From positions 42,470,001-42,534,000 of the forward strand of contig NC_079170.1 of assembly GCF_947568905.1 (NCBI RefSeq): a DNA stretch of 64,000 nt, in the 5' to 3' direction. The notes below the pieces were generated by a model. That model worked only from the letters and a program-made list of their open reading frames with translations, searched no databases and had not been told where the DNA came from. Source of the DNA: Ostrea edulis (taxonomy: Eukaryota). Shown here one piece after another: positions 63,034 through 64,000 of this stretch. Position 1 is the first letter of the stretch; the number at the start of each line of letters is the position of its first letter. Position numbers and translations under genes: made by a program.

Positions 63034-63336
63034 TAGCCAGTATAGAGAAAGCTTGGTGTTTTAAAAACACTGAAGTGGTTTCCTGAAGAAGAAGAAACGT
63101 CATTCATTGCTCCATTTCTCTTATTTCAGTTCGTGACACTGACCAGAATACATGCACTATGTATGATAGCAGAATGTTTCAGTGAAGTTTGAACGCAGGA
63201 GACCTGATTAAAGTCTGAGAGTCTTCGTTGTGTGACAAGTTTGTACATATATACCGAGAGACAGAATTCACACATTTCAAACATAATACCACCCGCATGC
63301 AGCGTCCTGCCCGACATTTTGTTAGAAATCATGGTA

Positions 63337-64000
63337 CCCACTCTCTACCCAGACTTGTCGTTCCTTACACCCAGACACACAATCTCCACCCAGAGTTATC
63401 GTACCTTACACCCAGACACACAATCTCTACCCAGACTTGTTCCTAACACCCAGACACATAATATCTACCCAGCCTTATCATTCCTTACACCCAGACACAC
63501 AATCTTTACCCAGATTTATCGTTCCTCACACTCAGACACACAATCTCTACCCAGAGTTATCGTTCCTAACACTCGCACATACAATCTCTACCCAGAGTTA
63601 TCGTTCCTCACACTCAGACACACAATCTCTACCCAGAGTTATCGTTCCTAACACTCACACATACAATCTCTACCCAGAGTTATCGTTCCTTACACTCACA
63701 TATTTCAGATTCTTGTACTTACGGTAAAAACGCTCAAATAAAATACGGTTTCGACTTCGGTTGCAAAAATATACGTAGATAAATCAATATCAAGCAGATG
63801 TTTCTTGAAGTCTTTCAGTGACAAAAAAAGCTTAGAATTAATTGTGTTGATACGCGAATATTGTTCTATTGCACTATGTAGGTAGAATGTATTGTAACAG
63901 GAAATAAAAACTACAATAAGTTACCCTACATTTTCCATACATATTTCATAAAGTAGTTCTTAGTTTTATTTTTATTAACCGCGAAAAAGTGGATTTACGC
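63337..64000. mobile_element. Mirror copy of the 855-bp TIR/minisatellite element (truncated by the window)
   Basis: TA at 63335-63336. About 9 copies of the 41-bp unit at 63341-63695. Confidence 0.7.

Larger units (their letters stand above)
55743..64000. repeat. Right arm of large inverted duplication (contains MT-E and MT-F), open at the window edge
   Basis: Colinear mirror of 42366-50485, including genes, SINE and minisatellite, with scattered substitutions and small indels. Confidence 0.95.

Overview
AT-rich eukaryotic genomic DNA with spliceosomal introns. The metallothionein type and repeat families point to a bivalve, most likely an oyster (inference). Three genic components were reconstructed by hand, and the ORF track mostly misses or mis-frames them. 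(1) The 5' part of a minus-strand gene encoding signal peptide + two cadherin repeats + an FN3 domain (coding exons 8546-8741, 5972-6601, 2468-2755); no further exon was recognised, so it probably continues left of the window. (2) A complete plus-strand caveolin gene (33466-33594, 34718-34795, 40243-40509; 157 aa). (3) Six intact 74-aa, 21-Cys metallothionein genes: MT-A, B, C, D on minus and MT-E, F on plus. The MT cluster is the main structure. An ~8.1-8.3 kb inverted duplication (42366-50485 mirrored by 55743-64000, running off the window) pairs A with F and B with E. It surrounds a 5.26 kb spacer holding the tandem pair C/D, and all six genes are transcribed outward from the centre. The paralogs differ in MRE number, residue 2, 3'UTR class and private insertions. 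The inner junction carries a 7x61-bp array cut exactly by a TA-flanked 162-bp MITE, followed by a diverged inverted relic of the intergenic sequence. The rest of the window is dense in minisatellites, SINEs, LINE fragments and non-autonomous DNA transposons. No database searches or alignments were run; all identities were judged by eye.
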